From positions 261,082,001-261,146,000 of the forward strand of contig OZ024741.1 of NCBI GenBank assembly GCA_964016885.1: DNA of 64,000 nt, given 5' to 3'. Within the stretch, counting starts at the first letter, position 1. Each line of letters begins with the position of its first letter. The translations under genes and the position numbers were made by a program. Positions 53,142 to 64,000 of the stretch are shown here, piece by piece. The notes beneath the pieces were generated by a model. It ran no database searches, had not been told where the DNA came from, and saw only the letters and a list, made by a program, of their open reading frames with translations. The DNA comes from Eledone cirrhosa. Its lineage: Eukaryota.

Positions 53142-53301
53142 AATTTTCAATGCCGTAGGGACCACATTAGGCGATTTAGCGATCTCTCTCTATAATTCTT
53201 AGTCTTTCTCTTTTTAGATAGAATTTTCAATGTCGTAGGGACCACATTAGGCGATTTAGCGATCTCTCTCTATAATTCTTAGTCTTTCTCTTTTTAGATA
53301 G
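53142..53301 (+). repeat. 80-bp tandem duplication (2 copies) inside island 2
   Basis: Same as island 1, including the C/T difference. Confidence 0.95.
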
Positions 53302-56300
53302 ATACATACATATGACGTCGTGCCCTTATAATATCTGTCTGTATGTCTGGCTGTCTGCATTACGTCACTTCCCTGAGGATGTCTGTGTGTGTGTGTGTCT
53401 GTGAGTTTGAATCCCTAAAATGCGAGAAGTACCCAACCGATTTTTTTCAAACTTTACATGTGTATTACTTATGTTTCAGGGAGTGTTTGTTATGCACATA
53501 AAATTCAACCTTTTGATCTGGTGTTTTGACTTACGAGTGTTTCGATACGAGTGTTTCGACTTACGAGTGTTCTGACTTACGAGTGTTCTGACTTACGAGC
53601 GTTCTGACTTACGAGTGTTCCGACTTACGTGTGTTTCGGCTTACGAGTGTTTCGACTTACGAGTGTTCTGACTTACGAGTGTTTCGATTTACGAGCGTTC
53701 CGACTTACGAGTGTTTCGGCTTACGAGTGTTCCGACTTACGAGTGTTTCGACTTACGAGTGTTTCGGCTTACGAGTGTTTCGACTTACGAGTGTTCTGAC
53801 TTACGCGTGTTCCGACTTACGAGCGTTCCGACTTACGAGTGTTTCGACTTACGAGTGTTAAGACTTACGGGTGTTTTGACATACGAGTGTTTCGATGCGA
53901 GTGTTTCGACTTACGAGTGTTACGAGTGTTCTGACTTACGAGTGTTTCGACTTACGAGTGTTTTGACTTACGGGTGTTTCGACTTACGAGTGTTTCGACT
54001 TACGAGTGTTTCGAGTTACGAGTGTTTCGACTTACGAGTGTTTTGACTTACGGGTGTTTCGAGTTACGAGTGTTTCGACTTACGAGTGTTTTAACTTACG
54101 GGTGTTTCGACTTACACGTGTTTCGACTTGCGAGTGTTTCGACTTACGAGTATTTCGACTTACGAGTGTTTCGACTTACGAGTGTTCTGACTTACGGGTG
54201 TTCCGACTTACGAGTGTTTCGGCTTACGAGTGTTTCGACTTACGAGTGTTCTGACTTACGAGTGTTCCGACTTACGAGCGTTCTGACTTACGAGTGTTTC
54301 GACTTATGAGTGTTTTGACTTACGGGTGTTTCGACTTACGAGTGTTTCGAGTTACGAGTGTTTCGACTTACGAGTGTTTTGACTTACGGGTGTTTCGACT
54401 TACGAGTGTTTCGACTTACGAGTGTTTTAACTTACGGGTGTTTCGACTTACACGTGTTTCGACTTAAGAGTGTTTCGACTTACGAGTGTTTCGACTTACG
54501 AGTGTTCTGACTTACGGGTGTTCCGACTTACGAGTGTTTCGGCTTACGATTATTTTGACTTACGATTGTTTGGCTTACGAATGTTTCGACTTACGAGTGT
54601 TTCGACTTACGAGTGTTTTGACTTACGGGTGTTTTGACATACGAGTGTTTCGATACGAGTGTTCTGACTTACGAGTGTTCTGACTTACGAGTGTTCTGAC
54701 TTACGGGTGTTCTGACTTACGAGTGTTTCGGCTTATGAGGGTTTCGACTTACGAGTGCTTCGGCTTACGAGTGTTTCGACTTATGAGTGTTTCGGCTTAC
54801 GAGTGTTTCGACTTACGAATGTTTTGGCTTACGAGTGTTTCGGCTTACGAGTGTTTCGACTTACGAGTGTTTCGACTTACGAGTGTTTTGACTTACGGTG
54901 TTTCGGCTTACGAGTGTTTCGACATACGAGTGTTTTGACGTACGGGTGTTTCGACTTACGGGTGTTTCGACTTAAGAGTGTTTCGACTTACGAGCGCTTC
55001 GACTTACGAGTGTTTTGACTTACGAGTGTTTCGGCGTATGAGTGTTTTGACTTACGAGTGTTTCGACTTACGAGTGTTTCGACTTACGAGTGTTTCGACT
55101 TACGAGTGTTTCGACTTACGAGTATTTCGACTTACGAGTGTTTTGACTTACGAGTGTTTTGACTAACGGTGTTTCTGCTTACGAGTGTTTCGACTTACGA
55201 GTGTTACGAGTGTTCTGACTTACGAGTGTTTCGACTTACGAGTGTTCTGACCTACGAGTGTTCTGACTTACGAGTGTTTCGACTTACGAGTGTTTTGACT
55301 TACGGGTGTTTCGACTTACGAGTGTTTCGAGTTACGAGTGTTTCGAGTTACGAGTGTTTCGACTTACGAGTGTTTTTACTTACGAATGTTCTGAATTACG
55401 GGTGTTTCGGCTTACGAGTGTTTCGACTTACGAGTGTTTTAACTTACGGGTGTTTCTACTTACGCGTGTTTCGACTTGCAAGTGTTTCGACTTACGAGTG
55501 TTTCGACTTGCAAGTGTTTCGACTTACGAGTGTTTCGACTACGAATGTTCCGACTTACGAGTGTTTCGACTTACGAGTGTTTCGACTTACGAGTGTTCTG
55601 ACTTACGGGTGTTCCGACTTACGAGTGTTTCGGCTTACGATTATTTTGAGTTACGATTGTTTTGGCTTACGAATGTTTCGACTTACGAGTGTTTCGACTT
55701 ACGAGTGTTTTGACTTACGGGTGTTTTGACATACGAGTGTTTCGATACGAGTGTTCTGACTTACGAGTGTTCTGACTTACGAGTGTTCTGACTTACGGGT
55801 GTTCTGACTTACGAGTGTTTCGCCTTATGAGGGTTTCGACTTACGAGTGCTTCGGCTTACGAGTGTTTCGACTTACGAGTGTTTCGGCTTACGAGTGTTT
55901 CGACTTACGAATGTTTTGGCTTACGAGTGTTTCGGCTTACGAGTGTTTCGACTTACGAGTGTTTCGACTTACGAGTGTTTTGACTTACGGTGTTTCGGCT
56001 TACGAGTGTTTCGACATACGAGTGTTTTGACGTACGGGTGTTTCGACTTACGGGTGTTTCGACTTAAGAGTGTTTCGACTTACGAGCGCTTCGACTTACG
56101 AGTGTTTCGACTTACGAGTGTTTCGGCGTATGAGTGTTTTGACTTACGAGTGTTTCGACTTACGAGTGTTTCGACTTACGAGTGTTTCGACTTACGAGTG
56201 TTTCGACTTACGAGTGTTTTGACTTACGAGTGTTTTGACTAACGCTGTTTCTGCTTACGAGTGTTTCGACTTACGAGTGTTATGACTTACGTGTGTTTTG

Positions 56301-57303
56301 ACATACGAGTGTTTTGATACGAGTGTTTCGACTTACGAGTGTTACGAGTGTTCTGACTTACGAGTGTTTCGACTTACGAGTGTTCTGACCTACGAGTGTT
56401 CTGACTTACGAGTGTTTCGACTTACGAGTGTTTTGACTTACGGGTGTTTCGACTTACGAGTGTTTCGAGTTACGAGTGTTTCGAGTTACGAGTGTTTCGA
56501 CTTACGAGTGTTTTTACTTACGAATGTTCTGAATTACAGGTGTTTCGGCTTACGAGTGTTTCGACTTACGAGTGTTTTAACTTACGGGTGTTTCTACTTA
56601 CGCGTGTTTCGACTTGCAAGTGTTTCGACTTACGAGTGTTTCGACTTGCAAGTGTTTCGACTTACGAGTGTTTCGACTACGAATGTTCCGACTTACGAGT
56701 GTTTCGACTTACGAGTGTTTCGACTTACGAGTGTTCTGACTTACGGGTGTTCCGACTTACGAGTGTTTCGGCTTACGATTGTTTTGACTTACGATTGTTT
56801 TGGCTTACGAATGTTTCGACTTACGAGTGTTTCGACTTACGAGTGTTTTGGCTTACGATTGTTTGGACTTACGGGTGTTTTGACATAAGAGTGTTTCGAT
56901 ACGAGTGTTCTGACTTACGAGTGTTCTGACTTACGAGTGTTCTGACTTACGAGTGTTCTGACTTACGGGTGTTCTGACTTACGAGTGTTTCGGCTTATGA
57001 GGGTTTCGACTTACGAGTGCTTCGGCTTACAAGTGTTTCGACCTACGAGTGTTTCGGCTTACGAGTGTTTTGACTTACGAATGTTTTGGCTTACGAGTGT
57101 TTCGGCTTACGAGTGTTTCGAATAACGAGTGTTTCGACTTACGAGTGTTTTGACTTACGGTGTTTCGGCTTACGAGTGTTTCGACTTACGAGTGTTTTAA
57201 CTTACGGGTGTTTCGACTTACGCGTGTTTCGACTTACGAATGTTCCGACTTACGAGTGTTTCGACTTACGAGTGTTTCGGCTTACGAGTGTTTCGACTTA
57301 CGA

Positions 57304-57372
57304 AAATAACAAGTAGACGCGGTTTCAAATATCTATGCTTTTCAAATTCATTACATTAATCTTTATTTATAC
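57304..57372. repeat. 69-bp spacer, copy 10 (haplotype C)
   Basis: Haplotype B plus CAAGTAGACG instead of CAAATAGACG. Confidence 0.95.
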
Positions 57373-60203
57373 GTTTCGCTTTACGAGTGTTTCGGCGTAC
57401 GAGTGTTTCGACTTACGAGTATTCTGACTTACGAGTGTTCCGACTTACGCGCGTTCCGACTTACGAGTGTTTCGGCTTACGAGTGTTCCGACTTACGAGT
57501 GTTTCGACTTACGAGTGTTTTGACTTACGGTGTTTCGGCTTACGAGTGTTTTGACTTACGAGTGTTTTGACTTACGGGTGTTTTGACATACGAGTGTTTC
57601 GATACGAGTGTTCTGACTTACGGGTGTTCTGACTTACGAGTGTTCTGACTTACGAGTGGTCTGACTTACGGGTGTTCTTACTTACGAGTGTTCCGACTTA
57701 CGAGTGTTTCAGCTTATGAGTGTTTCGACTTACGAGTGTTTCGGCATACGAGTGTTTCGACTCACGAATGTTTTGGCTTACGAGTGTTCTGACTTACGAG
57801 TGTTCCGACTTACGACTGTTTCGACTTACGAGCGTTTCGACTTACGAGTATTCTGACTTACGAGTGTTTCGACTTACGAGTGTTTTGAATTACGATTGTT
57901 TCGGCTTACGAGTGTTACGACTTACGAGTATTTCGACTTACGAGTTTTTTTACTTACGGTGTTTCGGCTTACGAGTGTTTCGACTTACGAGTGTTTTGAC
58001 TTACGGGTGTTTTGACATACGAGTGTTTCGATACGAGTGCTCTGACTTACGAGTGTTCTGACTTACGAGTGTTCTGACTTACGAGTGTTCTGACTTACGG
58101 GTGTTCTGACTTACGTGTTCCGACTTACGAGTGTTTAGGCTTACGGGTGTTTCGACTTACGAGTGTTTCGACTTACGAGTGTTTTGACTTACGGTGTTTC
58201 GGCTTACGATTTATTCGACATACGAGTGTTTCGACTTACGGGTGTTTCGACTTACGGGTGTTTCGACTTACGGGTGTTTCGACTTACGAGTGTTTCGACT
58301 TATGAGTGTTTCGACTTACGAGTGTTCTGACTTACGAGTGTTCTGACTTACGAGTGTTCCGACTTACGAGTGTTTCGGTTTACGAGTGTTTCGACATACG
58401 AGTGTTTTGACTTACGGGTGTTTCGACTTACGGGTGTTTCGACTTACGAGTGTTTCGGCTTACGAGTGTTTCGACTTACTAATGTTTTTACTTACAAGTG
58501 TTTCGGTGTACGAGTGTTTCGACTTAAGGATGTTTCGACTTGCGAGTGTTTCGCCTTACGTGTGTTTCGGCTTACGTGAGTTTCGACTTAAGAGTGTTCT
58601 GATTTACGAGTGTTCTGACTTGCGGGTGTTCTGATTTACGAGTGTTCCGACTTACGAGTGTTTCGGCTTATGAGTGTTTCGACTTACGAGTGTTTCGGCT
58701 TACGAGTGTTTCGACTTATGGGTGTTTCGACTTACGAGTGTTTTTACTTGCGGTGTTTCGGCTTACGAGTGTTTCGACATACGAGTGTTCAGACTTACGA
58801 GTGTTCCGACTTACGAGCGTTCCGACTTACAAGTGTTTCGATTACGAGTGTTAAGACTTACGGGTGTTTTGACATACGAGTGTTTCGATACGTGTGTTTC
58901 GACTTACGAGTGTTACGAGTGTTCTGACTTACGAGTGTTCTGACTTCCGAGTGTTCTGACTTACGAGTGTTCTGACTTACGAGTGTTCTGACTTACGAGC
59001 GTTCTGACTTACGAGTGTTACGACTTACGAGTGTTTCGGCTTATGAGTGTTTCGACTTACGAGTGTTCTGACTTACGAGTGTTCCGACTTACGAGCGTTC
59101 CGACTTACGAGTGTTTCGGCTTACAAGTGTTCCGACTTACGAGTGTTTCGACTTACGAGTGTTTTAACTTACGGTGTTTCTGCTTACGAGTGTTTCGACT
59201 TACGAGTGTTAAGACTTACGGGTGTTTTGACATACGAGTGTTTCGATACGAGTGTTTCGACTTACGAGTGTTACGAGCGTTCTGACTTACGAGTGTTTCG
59301 ACTTACGATTGTTTTTTTCACTTACGGGTGTTTCGACTTACGCGTGTTTCGATTTACGAGTGTTTAGACTTACGAGTGTTTCGACTACGAATGTTCCGAC
59401 TTACGAGTGTTTCGACTTACGAGTGTTTCGACTTACGGGTGTTCCGACTTACGAGTGTTTCGGCTTACGATTGTTTCGATTTACGAGTGTTTCGGTTTAC
59501 GAGTGTTTCGACTTACGGGTGTTTTGACTTACGATTGTTTGGGCTTACGAATGTTTCGACTTACGAGTGTTTCGACTTACGAGTGTTTTGACTTACGGTG
59601 TTTCGGCTTACGAGTGTTTTGACTTACGAGTGTTTTGACTTACGCGTGTTTTGACATACGAGTGTTTCGATACGAGTGTTCTGACTTACGAGTGTTCTGA
59701 CTTACGAGTGTTCTGACTTACGAGTGTTCTGACTTACGAGTGGTCTGACTTACGGGTGTTCTGACTTACGAGTGTTCCGACTTACGAGTGTTTCAGCTTA
59801 TGAGTGTTTCGACTTACGAGTGCTTCGGTCTCCGAGTGTTTCGACTTACGAATGTTTCGGCTTACGAGTGTTTCGACTTACGAATATTTTGGCTTACGAG
59901 TGTTTCGGCTTACGAGTGTTTCGGCTTATGAGTGTTCTGACTTACGAGTGTTTTGACTTACGAGTGTTCCGACTTACGAGTGTTTCGACTTACGAGTGTT
60001 TTGACTTACGAATGTTCTGACTTACGGGTGTTTCGCCTTACGAGTGTTTCGACTTACGAGTGTTTTAACTTACGGGTGTTTCGACTTACGCGTGTTTCGA
60101 CTTACAAGTGTTTCGACTTACGAGTGTTTCGACTTACGAATGTTCCGACTTACGAGTGTTTCTACTTACGAGTGTTTCGGCTTACGAGTGTTTCGACTTA
60201 CGA

Positions 60204-60272
60204 AAATAACAAGTAGACGCGGTTTCAAATATCTATGCTTTTCAAATTCATTACATTAATCTTTATTTATAC
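60204..60272. repeat. 69-bp spacer, copy 11 (haplotype C)
   Basis: Same as copy 10; offset 2900. Confidence 0.95.
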
Positions 60273-60599
60273 GTTTCGCTTTACGAGTGTTTCGGCGTAC
60301 GAGTGTTTCGACTTACGAGTGTTTTAACTTACGGTTGTTTCGACTTACGCGTTTTTCGACTACGAATGTTCCGACTTACGAGTGTTTCGACTTACGAGTG
60401 CTTTGACTTACGAATGTTTTGACTTCGACTTACGAGTGATCTGACTTACGAGTGTTCCTACTTACGAGTGTTTCGACTTACGAGTGTTTCGACTTGCGAG
60501 TGTTTCGACTTACGAATGTTTTGACTTACGAATGTTTTGACTTACGGGTGTTTCGGCTTACGGCTGTTTCGACTTACGAGTGTTTCGACTTAGGAGTGT

Positions 60600-63500
60600 T
60601 CTGACTTACGAGTGTTCTGACTTACGAGTGTTCTGACTTACGAGTGTTCCGACTTACGAGTGTTTCGGTTTACGAGTGTTTCGACATACGAGTGTTTTGA
60701 CTTACGGGTGTTTCGACTTACGGGTGTTTCGACTTACGAGTGTTTCGGCTTACGAGAGTTTCGACTTACTAATGTTTTTACTTACGAGTGTTTCGGTGTA
60801 CGAATGTTTTGACTTAAGGATGTTTCGTCTTACGAGTGTTTCGACTTACGAGTGTTTCGGCTTACGTGAGTTTCGACTTAAGAGTGTTCTGATTTACGAG
60901 TGTTCTGACTTGCGGGTGTTCTGATTTACGAGTGTTCCGACTTACGAGTGTTTCGGCTTATGAGTGTTTCGACTTACGAGTGTTTCGGCTTACGAGTGTT
61001 TCGACTTATGGGTGTTTCGACTTACGAGTGTTTTTACTTACAGTGTTTCGGCTTACGAGTGTTTCGACATACGAGTGTTTTGACTTACGGGTGTTTCGGC
61101 TTACGAGTGTTTCGACTTACGAGTGTTTCGGCTTACGAGTGTTTCGACTTACTAATGTTTTTACTTACGAGTGTTTCGGCGTACGAGAGTTTTGACTTAC
61201 GAGTGTTTCGACTTACGAGTGTTTTGACTTACGAATGTTTTGACTTACGGGTGTTTCGGCTTATGAGTGTTTCGACTTACGAGTCTTTCGGCTTACGAGT
61301 GTTTCGACTTACTAATGTTTTTACTTACGAGTGTTTCGGCGTACGAGTGTTTCGACTTACGAGTGTTTCGACTTACGGGTGTTTTGACTTACGGGTGTTT
61401 CGGCTTACGAGTGTTTCGAATTACGAGTGTTTTGACTTAAGGGTGTTTCGACTTACGAGTATTTTTGTCTTACGAGTGTTTCGACTTAAGAGTGTTTCGA
61501 CTTACGAGTGTTTCGGCTTACGATTCTTTCGACTTACGAGTGTTTCGATTTACGAGTGTTTCGACTTAAGGGTGTTTTAACATACGATTGTTTGGGCTTA
61601 CGAATGTTTCGACTTACGAGTGTTTCGACTTACGAGTGTTTTGACTTATGGTGTTTCGGCTTACGAGTGTTTTGACTTACGAGTGTTTTGACTTACGGGT
61701 GTTTTGACATACGATTGTTTCGATACGAATGTTCTGACTTACGAGTGTTCGGACTTACGAGTGGTCTGACTTACGGGTGTTCTGACTTACGAGTGTTCCG
61801 ACTTACGAGTGTTTCGACTTACGAATGTTTTGGCTTACGAGTGTTTCGGCTTACGAGTGTTTCGGCTTATGAGTGTTTCGACTTACGAGTGTTTTGACTT
61901 ATGGTGTTTCGGCTTACGAGTGTTTCGACATACGAGTGTTTTGACTTACGAGTGTTCTGACTTACGAGTGTTCTGACTTACGAGTGTTCTGACTTACGGG
62001 TGTTCTGACTTACGTGTGTTCCGACTTACGAGTGTTTCGGTTATGGGTGTTTCGACTTACGAGTGTTTCGACTTACGAATGTTTTGACTTACGAGTGTTT
62101 CGGCTTACGAATGTTTCGACTTACGAATGTTTTGGCTTACGAGTGTTTCGGCTTACGGGTGTTTCGACTTACGAGTGTTTTGACTTACGAGTGTTTTGAC
62201 TTACGGTGTTTCGGCTTACGATTTATTCAACATACGAGTGTTTCGACTTACGGGTGTTTCGACTTACGGGTGTTTCGACTTACGAGTGTTTCGACTTATG
62301 AGTGTTTCGACTTACGAGTGTTCTGACTTACGAGTGTTCTGACTTACGAGTGTTCCGACTTACGAGTGTTTCGGTTTACGAGTGATTCGACATACGAGTG
62401 TTTTGACTTACGGGTGTTTCGACTTACGGGTGTTTCGACTTACGAATGTTTCGGCTTACGAGTGTTTCGACTTACTAATGTTTTTACTTACGAGTGTTTC
62501 GGTGTACGAGTGTTTCGACTTAAGGATGTTTCGACTTACGAGTGTTTCGACTTACGTGTGTTTCGGCTTACGTGAGTTTCGACTTAAGAGTGTTCTGATT
62601 TACGAGTGTTCTGACTTGCGGGTGTTCTGATTTACGAGTGTTCCGACTTACGAGTGTTTCGGCTTATGAGTGTTTCGACTTACGAGTGTTTCGGCTTACG
62701 AGTGTTTCGACTTATGGGTGTTTCGACTTACGAGTGTTTTTACTTATGGTGTTTCGGCTTACGAGTGTTTCGACATACGAGTGTTCAGACTTACGAGTGT
62801 TCCGACTTACGAGTGTTTCGACTTACGAGTGTTACGAGTGTTCTGACTTATGAGTGTTCTGACTTACGAGTGTTCTGACTTACGAGTGTTCTGACTTACG
62901 AGTGTTCCGACTTACGAGTGTTTCGGCTTACGAGTGTTTCGACTTACGAGTGTTCTGACTTACGAGTGTTCTGACTTACGAGTGTTCTGACTTACGAGTG
63001 TTCTGACTTACGAGTGTTCCGACTTACGAGTGTTTCGGCTTACGAGTGTTTCGACTTACGAGTGTTCTGACTTACGAGTGTTCCGACTTACGAGCGTTCC
63101 GACTTACGAGTGTTTCTGCTTACGAGTGTTTCGACTTACGAGTGTTAAGACTTACGGGTGTTTTGACATACGAGTGTTTCGATACGAGTGTTTCGACTTA
63201 CGAGTGTTCTGACTTACGAGTGTTTCGACTTACGATTGTTTTTTTCACTTACGGGTGTTTCGACTTACGCGTGTTTCGATTTACGAGTGTTTAGACTTAC
63301 GAGTGTTTCGGCTTACGATTATTTCGACTTACGAGTGTTTCGGTTTACGAGTGTTTCGACTTACGGGTGTTTTGGCTTACGATTGTTTGGGCTTACGAAT
63401 GTTTCGACTTACGAGTGTTTTGACTTATGGTGTTTCGGCTTACGAGTGTTTTGACTTACGAGTGTTTTGACTTACGGGTGTTTTGACATACGAGTGTTTC

Positions 63501-64000
63501 GATACGAGTGTTCTGACTTACGAGTGTTCTGACTTACGAGTGGTCTGACTTACGGGTGTTCTGACTTACGAGTGTTCCGACTTACGAGTGTTTCAGCTTA
63601 TGAGTGTTTCGACTTACGAGTGCTTCGGATTACGAGTGTTTCGACTTACGAGTGTTTCGGCTTACGAGTGTTTCGACTTACGAATGTTTTGGCTTACGAG
63701 TGTTTCGGCTTACGAGTGTTTCGGCTTATGAGTGTTTCGACTTACGAGTGTTTTGACTTATGGTGTTTCGGCTTACGAGTGTTTCGACATACGAGTGTTT
63801 TGACTTACGGGTGTTTCGACTTACGGGTGTTTCGACGTAAGAGTGTTTCGACTTACGAGCGCTTCGACTTACGAGTGTTTCGACTTACGAGTGTTTCGGC
63901 GTACGAGTGTTTTGACTTACGAGTGTTTCGACTTACGAGTGCTTTGACTTACGAATGTTTTGAATTACTTCGACTTACGAGTGATCTGACTTACGAGTGT
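60600..64000 (+). repeat. Long-range copy of block ~45520-48931 (offset ~15.1 kb)
   Basis: ORF offsets 45594/60676 (15082), 46573/61688 and 47523/62638 (15115), 47834/63030 (15196); marker GACGTAAG at 48765/63834 (15069). Confidence 0.88.

Larger units (their letters stand above)
52705..53519. other. 815-bp AT-rich non-satellite island, copy 2
   Basis: Matches copy 1 at offset 2744; the only difference I saw is C50758 vs A53502. Confidence 0.97.
52954..53519 (+). mobile_element. Probable truncated non-autonomous Helitron/Helentron fragment, copy 2
   Basis: Same sequence as 50210-50775, with identical satellite flanks, so duplicated together with the satellite. Confidence 0.65.
48742..54244 (+). 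repeat. Near-identical tandem duplication, period 2744 bp (satellite + spacer + island)
   Basis: Marker GACGTAAGAG at 48765 and 51509; spacers 49232/51976; islands 49961/52705; ORF offsets 49008/51752, 50887/53631, 51230/53974. Confidence 0.95.
53520..64000 (+). repeat. 16-bp satellite array, right segment (runs off the window end)
   Basis: Same monomer and orientation; contains spacers at 57304 and 60204. Confidence 0.99.

Noticed and set aside
320-63470. All ORFs in the supplied track as protein-coding genes
   Set aside because: They overlap in several frames, mostly start at GTG/TTG inside the monomer, repeat one peptide and end at variant-created stops. Indels of 1-2 bp are freely tolerated.
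1-64000. CRISPR array or CRISPR-like repeat-spacer system
   Set aside because: Monomers are contiguous with no unique spacers, the 69-bp inserts are near-identical to each other and kilobases apart, and there are no cas-like ORFs.
1-64000. Synthetic data-encoding DNA or a pure sequencing/concatemer artefact
   Set aside because: Nested duplications with private mutations, position-ordered spacer haplotypes and a TE-like island fit natural satellite evolution, although local misassembly cannot be excluded.

Overview
The window is almost entirely one head-to-tail satellite array with a 16-bp monomer, consensus GACTTACGAGTGTTTC (7/16 GC, two CpGs and one TaqI site per canonical unit), and I saw no change of orientation over 64 kb. 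I found no credible protein-coding gene, RNA gene or CRISPR array. Every ORF in the track is satellite read-through: the canonical monomer has no stop on + and carries TAA on -. The structure lies in four layers. (1) Monomer variants occur in a non-random order. (2) Nested, near-identical block duplications have offsets of about 0.3-15 kb. (3) Eleven copies of a ~69-bp AT-rich spacer fall into three position-ordered haplotypes. (4) Two copies of an 815-bp non-satellite island (49961-50775, 52705-53519) carry a 35-bp hairpin, CTAG motifs, a TCTATATATATAAAA motif plus microsatellite, and internal repeats, and look like a non-autonomous Helitron/Helentron remnant. The best reading is eukaryotic, probably invertebrate, heterochromatic or (peri)centromeric satellite DNA; taxon and function are inference. 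All comparisons were by eye or from ORF-track offsets, so duplication boundaries inside the satellite are approximate.
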